Below the pieces are notes generated by a model, which did not search any database, had not been told where the DNA came from, and saw only the letters and a program-made list of their open reading frames with translations. A stretch of DNA of 63,753 nt, counting the filler, from Nemertoderma westbladi (Eukaryota; Animalia; Xenacoelomorpha): assembly GCA_032718475.1 (NCBI GenBank). It is 3 parts of 3 records of this genome, joined end to end, with 100 filler letters (N's around TTAATTAATTAA, not from the genome) between each part and the next. Parts side by side here need not be neighbours in the genome. Positions count along the whole stretch, not along the records: positions 29,104 to 55,526 come from JAUCBJ010000224.1; 2 more parts are not named here. One strand, given 5' to 3'. Positions 33,771 through 46,809 of this stretch are shown here, one piece after another (the stretch's first letter is position 1; every line of letters begins with the position of its first letter). Both the position numbers and the translations under genes were made by a program.

Positions 33771-35609
33771 AAGCCAATCACTATCACCAATCATTGTGTA
33801 GCTTGTACTACTGTGCACCCCATATCTTTCTGAATCATTTACAATTGTGGCATTGTTTAATTATAGTACCTTTGTATAGCATGTGTTTTGTAACATTGAG
33901 AGTTAGGTGATTAAGTGTTACAACAATTTTAAATAAATATTTACAAAGTTAATTACTTACTTTATTTTAGTTGCTGCAATAAAGGTATAACATTTCATAT
34001 TAGCCAATCAACTACGATTATTGACTTCTATTTATTTGTAAAATAACTGGTCACTATCGTGGGTTCATGATGAAACGCTCAGATATTCGGATACCGTAAT
34101 ACTAGAAGCACTGTGAATGCAACATGAAACGAACCTGCCCCCCCCCCCCCCCCCCCCCCCCCTTCTACAAGTACAAAATCCGCAACATGTACCTCACACG
34201 GAAGTAGTAGCGAACATTGCTCAACTTCTACAACTTTGCTGTTTATTAATTATTTAATTGAAAAATCCTTTACTTAGACAATGCTATAAATATGTAGCAC
34301 CATCTAGTGGAACACAATAGAATTGTTAAATATCCGGTAGTTGGTCAATGTCTGTCTGTCATTTTGCTTTCCTAGCACGATCGGTTAGATCGATCAGTTA
34401 GGATTAAATTTGAATTTATAGGTAACTTTTAGAGCAACATTTATTATAATGGATTCTGGGGTAATGAACCAAAACAATATAGTGACATACCCATATAACT
34501 TAGGCATTGATTATTTGTGTTACGGATGACTAATTTGTTTATATTTGTAATTGACAGCTGCAACCAACGGAGGAACTACGACGCGATCTTCTACATTGTT
34601 CTCTTCCGATTCTTGTGACGGATCTGTTGTTTTGGAGCTCTAACGGGACCAGCGCTGTTACAGTTGTTTGTGAGTTCATTATCTTTAAATAATTTATCGT
34701 GTATTTTATATTATTAACCGATATATGGAATTTTGATTCAGCCATATTAACCCCACATTGCTAACTAACATAAAGAGGTTATAAATTGGCATTTTGTTAA
34801 TGTTATATACCCAAATCGAAATCATAACTCTTACTGTTTTCGAAAAAATGTTCTAAAAAATGGATTCCATGAATTCTGAATTCTCCCGGTACTCGAATAC
34901 CAAGTTCTTTCCATGAACAATGGAAAGTGTAATTTTTTATGGGGTTGAGAGATCTGGATTGTGACGAAATCAGTGGGACAACGAATTGATAGTTGTTTGT
35001 TACACATACGATGTAAATCTTTGTGTGGCATATATCTTGTACCACAATAAATCAATTACTATTGTGCCAACTGTATAAACCAGCGACTTCAGTTATTCAT
35101 GGGCTGCACGAAGTTACAAAAATTAGTGGTTTAAACACGGCTTTCATTTATTATATTCATTAGGAAGGATAACCCAAGAAAGAATTTGTGTAAATCGTTC
35201 TAAATTGAGACACTGAATAAAGCCCTGTTGACCGCAATATACGTAAAATATAATTACACTACGCCCCGGAATATACTGGAGTAATTCAGTGACCCCCCCC
35301 CCCCCCCCCCCCCCCCCCCTTCCCCGCTACCCCCAAATAATTCTACAAATATTTATGAAATTTGAAACATAGCTAATTTGTTCTCCCATCTGTCTGTCTC
35401 CCAATGGGTGAGTAAATAATTGTTATTTCCGATTTAAATCTTTACCTACAAATTTAAAAAAGTTGTCACCCTTTATAGTACACCATTTTCTTAAACCATA
35501 TTGGTTTATTGATACGAACCACTTGGAAAACTGGTCGTGTAAGGATTCAAATTTGTAAAAATATTAAACTTTGGTTGGGAAATAGCTGAGATATGGGCGT
35601 TCGAGCTCC

Positions 35610-36139
35610 ATTGGATCTATTTTCGAGTCCTGAACCGAGTCAACACGCCATACTGCGCTGCATAAGATCTATTTATCACGCCTTGAACCGAGCCAACACG
35701 CCCTAGTGCGCTGCATTAGATCTATTCTCACGTCCTGAGCCGAACCAACACGCCCTACTGCGCTTTATTAGATCTATTCTCGCGTCCCGAGCCGAACCAA
35801 CACGCCCTACTGCGCTCCATTAGATTTATTATCAAGTCCTGAGCCGAACCAACACGCCGTACTGCGCTGCATTAGATCTATTCTCACGTCCTGAACCGAG
35901 CCAACACGCCCTAGTGCGCTGCATTGGATCTATACTCATGTCCTGAACCGAACCAACACGCCCTAGTGCGCTGCATTAGATCTATTTCTCACGCCCTGAA
36001 CCGAGCCAACACGCCCTAGTGCGCTGCATTAGATCTATTTCTCACGCCCTGAACCGAGCCAACACGCCCTAGTGCGCTGCATTAGATCTATTTATCACGC
36101 CCTGAACCGAGCCAACACGCCCTAGTGAGCTGCATTAGA
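35610..36139. repeat. 52/53-bp satellite, left block (~10 more diverged copies)
   Basis: Unit GATCTATTCTCACGTCCTGAACCGAGCCAACACGCCCTAGTGCGCTGCATTA. Confidence 0.95.
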
Positions 36140-37680
36140 TTGTTAGATAAAGTACTTAATTAATTAATTTTGCTACACTAAATTCACTATCTTGGACTGC
36201 AATAATTGTATCTGTATAATTGCTGCTTAATTGTTAGGTATTATAAATTTATTTTATGAACAGTCAATATTGCACGTTTGCTTCTGCTGCAATCAATTTA
36301 TTTTATTTAATAACTGCCCATGTTCTGGAACATTTTGCTTATCTCATAAGTAGTTGGGCAACTATGCATTACCTTTATAATAATATACTACATGGCTATT
36401 CAAAAGTTCTAGAATATGGAGTATTTATTTAACGTCCATATCGCAGCTAATTTGCAACAAAATTCAGCTTGTGTTACATATTTGGAATTCTTGCACGGCA
36501 AGATTTCTATCAGTTCCATCAAATCACTAAAGTACTGCGGTGCAACTGAGCAATAACGTCGGAGACATCTTTATAAACGATTGTAGTTAAGATTATAAGA
36601 GAAAATACAAATCTGGCTCACACAGGCATTAGGAGGGATGTAAAACTATTTGTTTCAATTTCGTACAATCTTATTATAATTTGTTGAAATAATTTTTCAA
36701 TATATGTCAATGAATTATACCACTATATTCCGGGGCATGGTGCAAGGATTCCAAATAATATGTAAAAATATTTGAATTTGGTTTTAAAATAGCTAAGATA
36801 GGGAGGGGCATTCAAATATTGCCCATATATTTGCTTCTGCTGTAATCGATGTAAAAACCCTTGTATTGCATTAATCTATTTAAAAACTGCCCCATGTTCT
36901 GGAACATTTTGTTTATCTCATAAGTAGCTCGGCAACTAATTACATGGCAATTCAAATGTTCCAGAATATGGTGTATTTATTCAATAGAATTAAATATAGC
37001 CTTGCGCAGATGAAAAACCCTGCAACATTCGAACGCCCATATCTCTGTTATTTTTCAACGAAATTAAGATTGTGTTACGTATTTGGAATCCTTGCAAGGC
37101 CAGCTTTCCATCAGTACAAAATAATCACTGTAAGGTTGATGACTAAATGCGGTGTAGCTTTAGCAATACGATAGAGACACCTATTTTTATAAGCTTGTAC
37201 CTTAAGATTGCGATTGGAAGCGAAAATATATGGCTCACCAAGGCAGAAGCAGGGTTGTAAAGATATCTGTCTCAAATTTCGGGACATGGTATAAGCTGGT
37301 CACTTTGGGTCTTAAACATTTTTCAATATAATTACGTTAGAGTCATGGGTACATAATTTACTACTGTACAACATCAATTTGATTCCTTACCCACTGAATC
37401 ACAGTTTATGGCAGATTAATTAAATTATTCTAGAACGTAACTAATTCGATCCCTATTCTCCGTTACTCTACCTTTTATTTGGGTTTTATTGTGCCAATAT
37501 CTTCACTTTTATGCATTAAATATATGTTTATTTAAAGATATTTTTAGGACCATGGTATTTTTCTCATCTTCCATTCCAACCAACCAAAATAAATCAAAAA
37601 ATTATTATCTATCTAATATCTATCTAAGCATGAACTAATTTCCCTAATAGGTTATATAGGATTAAAATTGAATTTTTAAG

Positions 37681-38049
37681 TAATAACAGGACTTAGGATG
37701 ATCCAACTCTATGCCAAAGGGAGCGGAGAAAATGAAGCCACCAGTGGGGATCGAACCCGCGTCTCCCGATAAACGTTCAGGTATGCTGACCACTACACCA
37801 TGGAGACTCCTGCATCCTTCTGATTGATTTGATATAAATTGGGAAGCTACCTCACGGTTGCTATTGAATACAGTCTGCCCTTACGGATGGATTTAGTCTG
37901 TATCCTAATACAGACAGTAGCTAGCAGTTAAGACCTCCCTGTACTGCAAACGAATCTTATTGTTTATGTTTTAACATCAATAGATTGAATAATTTTTTAA
38001 GTAATTAAACAGGACTTAAGATGATTCAACTCAATGGCAAATGGAGCGG
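37681..38049 (-). mobile_element. Pseudo-tRNA-containing SINE-like element with terminal direct repeats and ~16-bp TSD (copy 1)
   Basis: tRNA-like segment 37807-37737 with A box TGGTGTAGTGG and B box GGTTCGATCCC. It has ~55-bp direct repeats and the TSD AAAATTGAATTTT(T)AAG; an empty paralogous site lies at ~34401. Confidence 0.75.
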
Positions 38050-39189
38050 AAAATTGAATTTTAAGCTAACTTTTAAAGCAACATTTAATATAATGGGCTC
38101 AGGGGTAATATTTAGGCATTTATTGTTTGATTTACAGACTTAGTACAGGTAATTGTCTATAATTGTAATTTACAGCTGCATTACCAACGGAGGAAATACG
38201 ACGCGATATTCTACGTTGTTCTCTTCCGGTTATTGTCACGGATCTGTTGTTTTGGAGCTCTAACGGGACCAGCGCTGTTACAGTTGTTTGTGAGTTAATT
38301 ATTCATAAATAATTATTATTCAGGTATTTAATGGCCATTTGATGATTCCAAATAAGTAAATATATTTGAATTTGGTTGGAAAATAGCTGAGATATGGGCA
38401 TTCAAATATAAATATATTATTTGCTTATACTGCAGGCCATTTGTTATATTTAATAACTGCCCCATGTTCTGGAACATTTTGTTTATCTCATAAGTAGCTG
38501 GGCAACTATGCAATATCTCTATAGTAATACCTTTACAGGCAATTCAAATGTTCCAGAATTATGGTGTATTTATTCAATAGAATAAAATATAGCCTTGCAC
38601 AGATGAAAAAGCATGCAACATTCAAACGCCCATATCTCTGTTATTTTTCAACGAAATTCAGATTGCGTTACGTATTTGGAATCCTTGCATGGCCAGCTTT
38701 CCATCAGTACAAAATAAACACTTGAAGGTTGGTGAATAACTCGCGGGTAACTGGAGCTATATCAATAGAGACACCTATTTTATACGCTTGTACTTGGGGG
38801 AACCAATGAGATACCATCAATGTTATATAGTGTCTGGTTGGAGATGGTTTCCTTGTACTTGACACAAGCCTGTCCACTAATTGTTTGTGTAACATATCAA
38901 TAATTTCATTATAACGAAACTGTCTTTTGATAGAGATATATAGGTAGCTGTTGTAGGAAAGAAGGATCCTCAAAAATGCCGATAGTGGCGCACATTAACC
39001 GCAAGTGAAAATTATGATCTTCCGCGCTAATTGACCGTAAGGGAAATAAAGTACCGTTTTTTGTTTTCGTTAGAAAACACAACCACTATAACCTGCTAAT
39101 TTCCTTTAATATTTTTAATTAAACCTTTCGCACCTAAAACAAGATTTTTTTGTGCCCCAATAGCGAAAACTAAATTTACAAATCTGAAG

Positions 39190-39650
39190 TTTGTCAGTCT
39201 TTCTATCAGTTTGTCTGTTAAGACTAAAGAAGAATACAAAATAACTAACATTCTCGCTCTGTGGTTTTAAAGGTCGGTGATTTCATTTCTAATTTTAGTT
39301 TTCACGTTTACATAAATCTTGTCTATCTGTCGGTCAGTCTGTCGGTCTTTCTGTCAGTCAGTCTGTCAAAACTTAAAAAAGAATACAAAGTAACTAACAT
39401 TCTCGCTATGGGGTTTTAAAGGTCGGTGAATTCATTTCTAATTTCAGTTTTCAGGTTTACATAAATCTAGTCTTTCTGTCTGTCGGTCTTTCTGTCAGTC
39501 AGTCTGTTAAAACATCAAAAAGTATACAAACTAACTAACATTTTCGCTATGTGGGTTTTAAGGGGTGCTGATTTCATTTCTGATGTCAGTTTTCACGTTT
39601 ACATATATCTAGTATGTCTGTCTGTCTGTCGGTATTTCTGTTAGTCTGTA
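39190..39650. repeat. ~130-bp tandem units with GTCY-rich microsatellite (also at ~45646-46106)
   Basis: AACTAACATTCTCGCT...TTTTCACGTTTACATA three times, separated by (GTCT/GTCG/GTCA)n. Confidence 0.75.
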
Positions 39651-41661
39651 CTACTGTACTGGGTGGTTGGCATAACACCATATACCTAACACTATTAATA
39701 CAGTCTACAATAAACCCTATCTACAGTACAGAATGAATTTTTTGCCATGAAGAGCACTAAATGTCATTAAAACTTTCAACCAGTATACGTAGTCCAAGAG
39801 CCTTCCAATAAAACATGTATTCCAGCATGACGTCCACTGCATGTCTTAGTGCTGTCCATGATGACGTGCAGTGGACGTCATAAGCTCTAAGTGGTTAAAT
39901 AAAATTAACTTTTGAAACATAAATTTAGTTTTTTCGGTTATTTAGCACCATTGACTCCAAAAGAAGGTAATTCTTATTGTTGTTATTGGGATTTATCTTA
40001 AAATTTAAATAAACACCGTATACACAGCCTGACTTAAGATATAAAAGTATTGGGTTCAATCCCAGATCACGGTTGTTTGTTTTTGTTGTAAAAGGTTTAA
40101 GCAGTTTCGTTTCGTTATCTTGTTAGATAAAGTACTTAATTAATTAATTTTGCTACACTAAATTCACTATCTTGGACTGCAATAATTGTATCTGTATAAT
40201 TGCTGCTTAATTGTTAGGTATTATAAATTTATTTTATGAACAGTCAATATTGCACGTTTGCTTCTGCTGCAATCAATTTATTTTATTTAATAACTGCCCA
40301 TGTTCTGGAACATTTTGCTTATCTCATAAGTAGTTGGGCAACTATGCATTACCTTTATAATAATATACCACATGGCTATTCAAAAGTTCTAGAATATGGA
40401 GTATTTATTTAACGTCCATATCGCAGCTAATTTGCAACAAAATTCAGCTTGTGTTACATATTTGGAATTCTTGCACGGCAAGATTTCTATCAGTTCCATC
40501 AAATCACTAAAGTACTGCGGTGCAACTGGAGCAATAACGTCGGAGACATCTTTATAAACGATTGTAGTTAAGATTATAAGAGAAAATACAAATCTGGCTC
40601 ACACAGGCATTAGGAGGGATGTAAAACTATTTGTTTCAATTTCGTACAATCTTATTATAATTTGTTGAAATAATTTTTCAATATATGTCAATGAATTATA
40701 CCACTATATTCCGGGGCATGGTGCAAGGATTCCAAATAATATGTAAAAATATTTGAATTTGGTTTTAAAATAGCTAAGATAGGGAGGGGCATTCAAATAT
40801 TGCCCATATATTTGCTTCTGCTGTAATCGATGTAAAAACCCTTGTATTGCATTAATCTATTTAAAAACTGCCCCATGTTCTGGAACATTTTGTTTATCTC
40901 ATAAGTAGCTCGGCAACTAATTACATGGCAATTCAAATGTTCCAGAATATGGTGTATTTATTCAATAGAATTAAATATAGCCTTGCGCAGATGAAAAACC
41001 CTGCAACATTCGAACGCCCATATCTCTGTTATTTTTCAACGAAATTAAGATTGTGTTACGTATTTGGAATCCTTGCAAGGCCAGCTTTCCATCAGTACAA
41101 AATAATCACTGTAAGGTTGATGACTAAATGCGGTGTAGCTTTAGCAATACGATAGAGACACCTATTTTTATAAGCTTGTACCTTAAGATTGCGATTGGAA
41201 GCGAAAATATATGGCTCACCAAGGCAGAAGCAGGGTTGTAAAGATATCTGTCTCAAATTTCGGGACATGGTATAAGCTGGTCACTTTGGGTCTTAAACAT
41301 TTTTCAATATAATTACGTTAGAGTCATGGGTACATAATTTACTACTGTACAACATCAATTTGATTCCTTACCCACTGAATCACAGTTTATGGCAGATTAA
41401 TTAAATTATTCTAGAACGTAACTAATTCGATCCCTATTCTCCGTTACTCTACCTTTTATTTGGGTTTTATTGTGCCAATATCTTCACTTTTATGCATTAA
41501 ATATATGTTTATTTAAAGATATTTTTAGGACTATGGTATTTTTCTCATCTTCCATTCCAACCAACCAAAATAAATCAAAAAATTATTATCTATCTAATAT
41601 CTATCTAAGCATGAACTAATTTCCCTAATAGGTTATATAGGATTAAAATTGAATTTTTAAG

Positions 41662-42030
41662 TAATAACAGGACTTAGGATGATCCAACTCTATGCCAAAG
41701 GGAGCGGAGAAAATGAAGCCACCAGTGGGGATCGAACCCGCGTCTCCCGATAAACGTTCAGGTATGCTGACCACTACACCATGGAGACTCCTGCATCCTT
41801 CTGATTGATTTGATATAAATTGGGAAGCTACCTCACGGTTGCTATTGAATACAGTCTGCCCTTACGGATGGATTTAGTCTGTATCCTAATACAGACAGTA
41901 GCTAGCAGTTAAGACCTCCCTGTACTGCAAACGAATCTTATTGTTTATGTTTTAACATCAATAGATTGAATAATTTTTTAAGTAATTAAACAGGACTTAA
42001 GATGATTCAACTCAATAGCAAATGGAGCGG
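41662..42030 (-). mobile_element. Pseudo-tRNA SINE-like element, copy 2 (from the segmental duplication)
   Basis: Same sequence as copy 1 at offset +3981. Confidence 0.75.
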
Positions 42031-44136
42031 AAAATTGAATTTTAAGCTAACTTTTAAAGCAACATTTTATATAATGGGCTCAGGGGTAATATTTAGGCAT
42101 TTATTGTTTGATTTACAGACTTAGTACAGGTAATTGTCTATAATTGTAATTTACAGCTGCATTACCAACGGAGGAAATACGACGCGATATTCTACGTTGT
42201 TCTCTTCCGGTTATTGTCACGGATCTGTTGTTTTGGAGCTCTAACGGGACCAGCGCTGTTACAGTTGTTTGTGAGTTAATTATTCATAAATAATTATTAT
42301 TCAGGTATTTAATGGCCATTTGATGATTCCAAATAAGTAAATATATTTGAATTTGGTTGGAAAATAGCTGAGATATGGGCATTCAAATATAAATATATTA
42401 TTTGCTTATACTGCAGGCCATTTGTTATATTTAATAACTGCCCCATGTTCTGGAACATTTTGTTTATCTCATAAGTAGCTGGGCAACTATGCAATATCTC
42501 TATAGTAATACCTTTACAGGCAATTCAAATGTTCCAGAATTATGGTGTATTTATTCAATAGAATAAAATATAGCCTTGCACAGATGAAAAACCATGCAAC
42601 ATTCAAACGCCCATATCTCTGTTATTTTTCAAAGAAATTCAGATTGCGTTACGTATTTGGAATCCTTGCATGGCCAGCTTTCCATCAGTACAAAATAAAC
42701 ACTTGAAGGTTGGTGAATAACTCGCGGGTAACTGGAGCTATATCGATAGAGACACCTATTTTATACGCTTGTACTTGGGGGAACCAATGAGATACCATCA
42801 ATGTTATATAGTGTCTGGTTGGAGATGGTTTCCTTGTACTTGACACAAGCCTGTCCACTAATTGTTTGTGTAACATATCAATAATTTCATTATAACGAAA
42901 CTGTCTTTTGATAGAGATATATAGGTAGCTGTTGTAGGAAAGAAGGATCCTCAAAAATGCCGATAGTGGCGCACATTAACCGCAAGTGAAAATTATGATC
43001 TTCCGCGCTAATTGACCGTAAGGGAAATAAAGTACCGTTTTTTGTTTTCGTTAGAAAACACAACCACTATAACCTGCTAATTTCCTAGGAGGGATGTAAA
43101 ACTATTTGTTTCAATTTCGTACAATCTTATTATAATTTGTTGAAATAATTTTTCAATATATGTCAATGAATTATACCACTATATTCCGGGGCATGGTGCA
43201 AGGATTCCAAATAATATGTAAAAATATTTGAATTTGGTTTTAAAATAGCTAAGATAGGGAGGGGCATTCAAATATTGCCCATATATTTGCTTCTGCTGTA
43301 ATCGATGTAAAAACCCTTGTATTGCATTAATCTATTTAAAAACTGCCCCATGTTCTGGAACATTTTGTTTATCTCATAAGTAGCTCGGCAACTAATTACA
43401 TGGCAATTCAAATGTTCCAGAATATGGTGTATTTATTCAATAGAATTAAATATAGCCTTGCGCAGATGAAAAACCCTGCAACATTCGAACGCCCATATCT
43501 CTGTTATTTTTCAACGAAATTAAGATTGTGTTACGTATTTGGAATCCTTGCAAGGCCAGCTTTCCATCAGTACAAAATAATCACTGTAAGGTTGATGACT
43601 AAATGCGGTGTAGCTTTAGCAATACGATAGAGACACCTATTTTTATAAGCTTGTACCTTAAGATTGCGATTGGAAGCGAAAATATATGGCTCACCAAGGC
43701 AGAAGCAGGGTTGTAAAGATATCTGTCTCAAATTTCGGGACATGGTATAAGCTGGTCACTTTGGGTCTTAAACATTTTTCAATATAATTACGTTAGAGTC
43801 ATGGGTACATAATTTACTACTGTACAACATCAATTTGATTCCTTACCCACTGAATCACAGTTTATGGCAGATTAATTAAATTATTCTAGAACGTAACTAA
43901 TTCGATCCCTATTCTCCGTTACTCTACCTTTTATTTGGGTTTTATTGTGCCAATATCTTCACTTTTATGCATTAAATATATGTTTATTTAAAGATATTTT
44001 TAGGACCATGGTATTTTTCTCATCTTCCATTCCAACCAACCAAAATAAATCAAAAAATTATTATCTATCTAATATCTATCTAAGCATGAACTAATTTCCC
44101 TAATAGGTTATATAGGATTAAAATTGAATTTTTAAG

Positions 44137-44505
44137 TAATAACAGGACTTAGGATGATCCAACTCTATGCCAAAGGGAGCGGAGAAAATGAAGCCACCAG
44201 TGGGGATCGAACCCGCGTCTCCCGATAAACGTTCAGGTATGCTGACCACTACACCATGGAGACTCCTGCATCCTTCTGATTGATTTGATATAAATTGGGA
44301 AGCTACCTCACGGTTGCTATTGAATACAGTCTGCCCTTACGGATGGATTTAGTCTGTATCCTAATACAGACAGTAGCTAGCAGTTAAGACCTCCCTGTAC
44401 TGCAAACGAATCTTATTGTTTATGTTTTAACATCAATAGATTGAATAATTTTTTAAGTAATTAAACAGGACTTAAGATGATTCAACTCAATGGCAAATGG
44501 AGCGG
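44137..44505 (-). mobile_element. Pseudo-tRNA SINE-like element, copy 3 (from the segmental duplication)
   Basis: Same sequence as copy 2 at offset +2475. Confidence 0.75.
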
Positions 44506-46809
44506 AAAATTGAATTTTAAGCTAACTTTTAAAGCAACATTTAATATAATGGGCTCAGGGGTAATATTTAGGCATTTATTGTTTGATTTACAGACTTAGT
44601 ACAGGTAATTGTCTATAATTGTAATTTACAGCTGCATTACCAACGGAGGAAATACGACGCGATATTCTACGTTGTTCTCTTCCGGTTATTGTCACGGATC
44701 TGTTGTTTTGGAGCTCTAACGGGACCAGCGCTGTTACAGTTGTTTGTGAGTTAATTATTCATAAATAATTATTATTCAGGTATTTAATGGCCATTTGATG
44801 ATTCCAAATAAGTAAATATATTTGAATTTGGTTGGAAAATAGCTGAGATATGGGCATTCAAATATAAATATATTATTTGTTTATACTGCAGGCCATTTGT
44901 TATATTTAATAACTGCCCCATGTTCTGGAACATTTTGTTTATCTCATAAGTAGCTGGGCAACTATGCAATATCTCTATAGTAATACCTTTACAGGCAATT
45001 CAAATGTTCCAGAATTATGGTGTATTTATTCAATAGAATAAAATATAGCCTTGCACAGATGAAAAAGCATGCAACATTCAAACGCCCATATCTCTGTTAT
45101 TTTTCAACGAAATTCAGATTGCGTTACGTATTTGGAATCCTTGCATGGCCAGCTTTCCATCAGTACAAAATAAACACTTGAAGGTTGGTGAATAACTCGC
45201 GGGTAACTGGAGCTATATCAATAGAGACACCTATTTTATACGCTTGTACTTGGGGGAACCAATGAGATACCATCAATGTTATATAGTGTCTGGTTGGAGA
45301 TGGTTTCCTTGTACTTGACACAAGCCTGTCCACTAATTGTTTGTGTAACATATCAATAATTTCATTATAACGAAACTGTCTTTTGATAGAGATATATAGG
45401 TAGCTGTTGTAGGAAAGAAGGATCCTCAAAAATGCCGATAGTGGCGCACATTAACCGCAAGTGAAAATTATGATCTTCCGCGCTAATTGACCGTAAGGGA
45501 AATAAAGTACCGTTTTTTGTTTTCGTTAGAAAACACAACCACTATAACCTGCTAATTTCCTTTAATATTTTTAATTAAACCTTTCGCACCTAAAACAAGA
45601 TTTTTTTGTGCCCCAATAGCGAAAACTAAATTTACAAATCTGAAGTTTGTCAGTCTTTCTATCAGTTTGTCTGTTAAGACTAAAGAAGAATACAAAATAA
45701 CTAACATTCTCGCTCTGTGGTTTTAAAGGTCGGTGATTTCATTTCTAATTTTAGTTTTCACGTTTACATAAATCTTGTCTGTCTGTCGGTCAGTCTGTCG
45801 GTCTTTCTGTCAGTCAGTCTGTCAAAACTTAAAAAAGAATACAAAGTAACTAACATTCTCGCTATGGGGTTTTAAAGGTCGGTGAATTCATTTCTAATTT
45901 CAGTTTTCAGGTTTACATAAATCTAGTCTTTCTGTCTGTCGGTCTTTCTGTCAGTCAGTCTGTTAAAACATCAAAAAGTATACAAACTAACTAACATTTT
46001 CGCTATGTGGGTTTTAAGGGGTGCTGATTTCATTTCTGATGTCAGTTTTCACGTTTACATATATCTAGTATGTCTGTCTGTCTGTCGGTATTTCTGTTAG
46101 TCTGTACTACTGTACTGGGTGGTTGGCATAACACCATATACCTAACACTATTAATACAGTCTACAATAAACCCTATCTACAGTACAGAATGAATTTTTTG
46201 CCATGAAGAGCACTAAATGTCATTAAAACTTTCAACCAGTATACGTAGTCCAAGAGCCTTCCAATAAAACATGTATTCCAGCATGACGTCCACTGCATGT
46301 CTTAGTGCTGTCCATGATGACGTGCAGTGGACGTCATAAGCTCTAAGTGGTTAAATAAAATTAACTTTTGAAACATAAATTTAGTTTTTTCGGTTATTTA
46401 GCACCATTGACTCCAAAAGAAGGTAATTCTTATTGTTGTTATTGGGATTTATCTTAAAATTTAAATAAACACCGTATACACAGCCTGACTTAAGATATAA
46501 AAGTATTGGGTTCAATCCCAGATCACGGTTGTTTGTTTTTGTTGTAAAAGGTTTAAGCAGTTTCGTTTCGTTATCTTGTTAGATAAAGTACTTAATTAAT
46601 TAATTTTGCTACACTAAATTCACTATCTTGGACTGCAATAATTGTATCTGTATAATTGCTGCTTAATTGTTAGGTATTATAAATTTATTTTATGAACAGT
46701 CAATATTGCACGTTTGCTTCTGCTGCAATCAATTTATTTTGTTTAATAACTGCCCATGTTCTGGAACAGTTACAGTTAGGTTACAGTTACAGTTACAGTT
46801 ACAGGAACA

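Larger units (their letters stand above)
36140..46768. repeat. Head-to-tail array of a 3981-bp unit (full 36140-40120; partial 40121-43085; 43086-46576; stub 46577-46768)
   Basis: Identical ORFs recur at offsets +3981 and +2475. The unit start TGTTAGATAAAGTACTTAATT occurs at 36140, 40121 and 46577. Copies differ by only a few SNPs or indels. Confidence 0.95.

Noticed and set aside
36156-36167. TTAATTAATTAA inside the 4-kb unit
   Set aside because: It has no flanking Ns and recurs with the unit, so it is natural AT-rich sequence rather than a spacer.
37737-37807. Functional tRNA-Asn gene
   Set aside because: It has an acceptor-stem mismatch and no U33, and it lies inside a TSD-flanked insertion.
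39826-39898. Inverted repeat ATGACGTCCACTGCA/TGCAGTGGACGTCAT ending GTGGTTAA (piggyBac-like end)
   Set aside because: Only one terminus is visible, which is too little to call an element.
36944-45429. Triplicated 61-89-aa ORFs as a gene cluster
   Set aside because: They show no recognisable motifs and simply reflect the tandem duplication of non-coding repeats.
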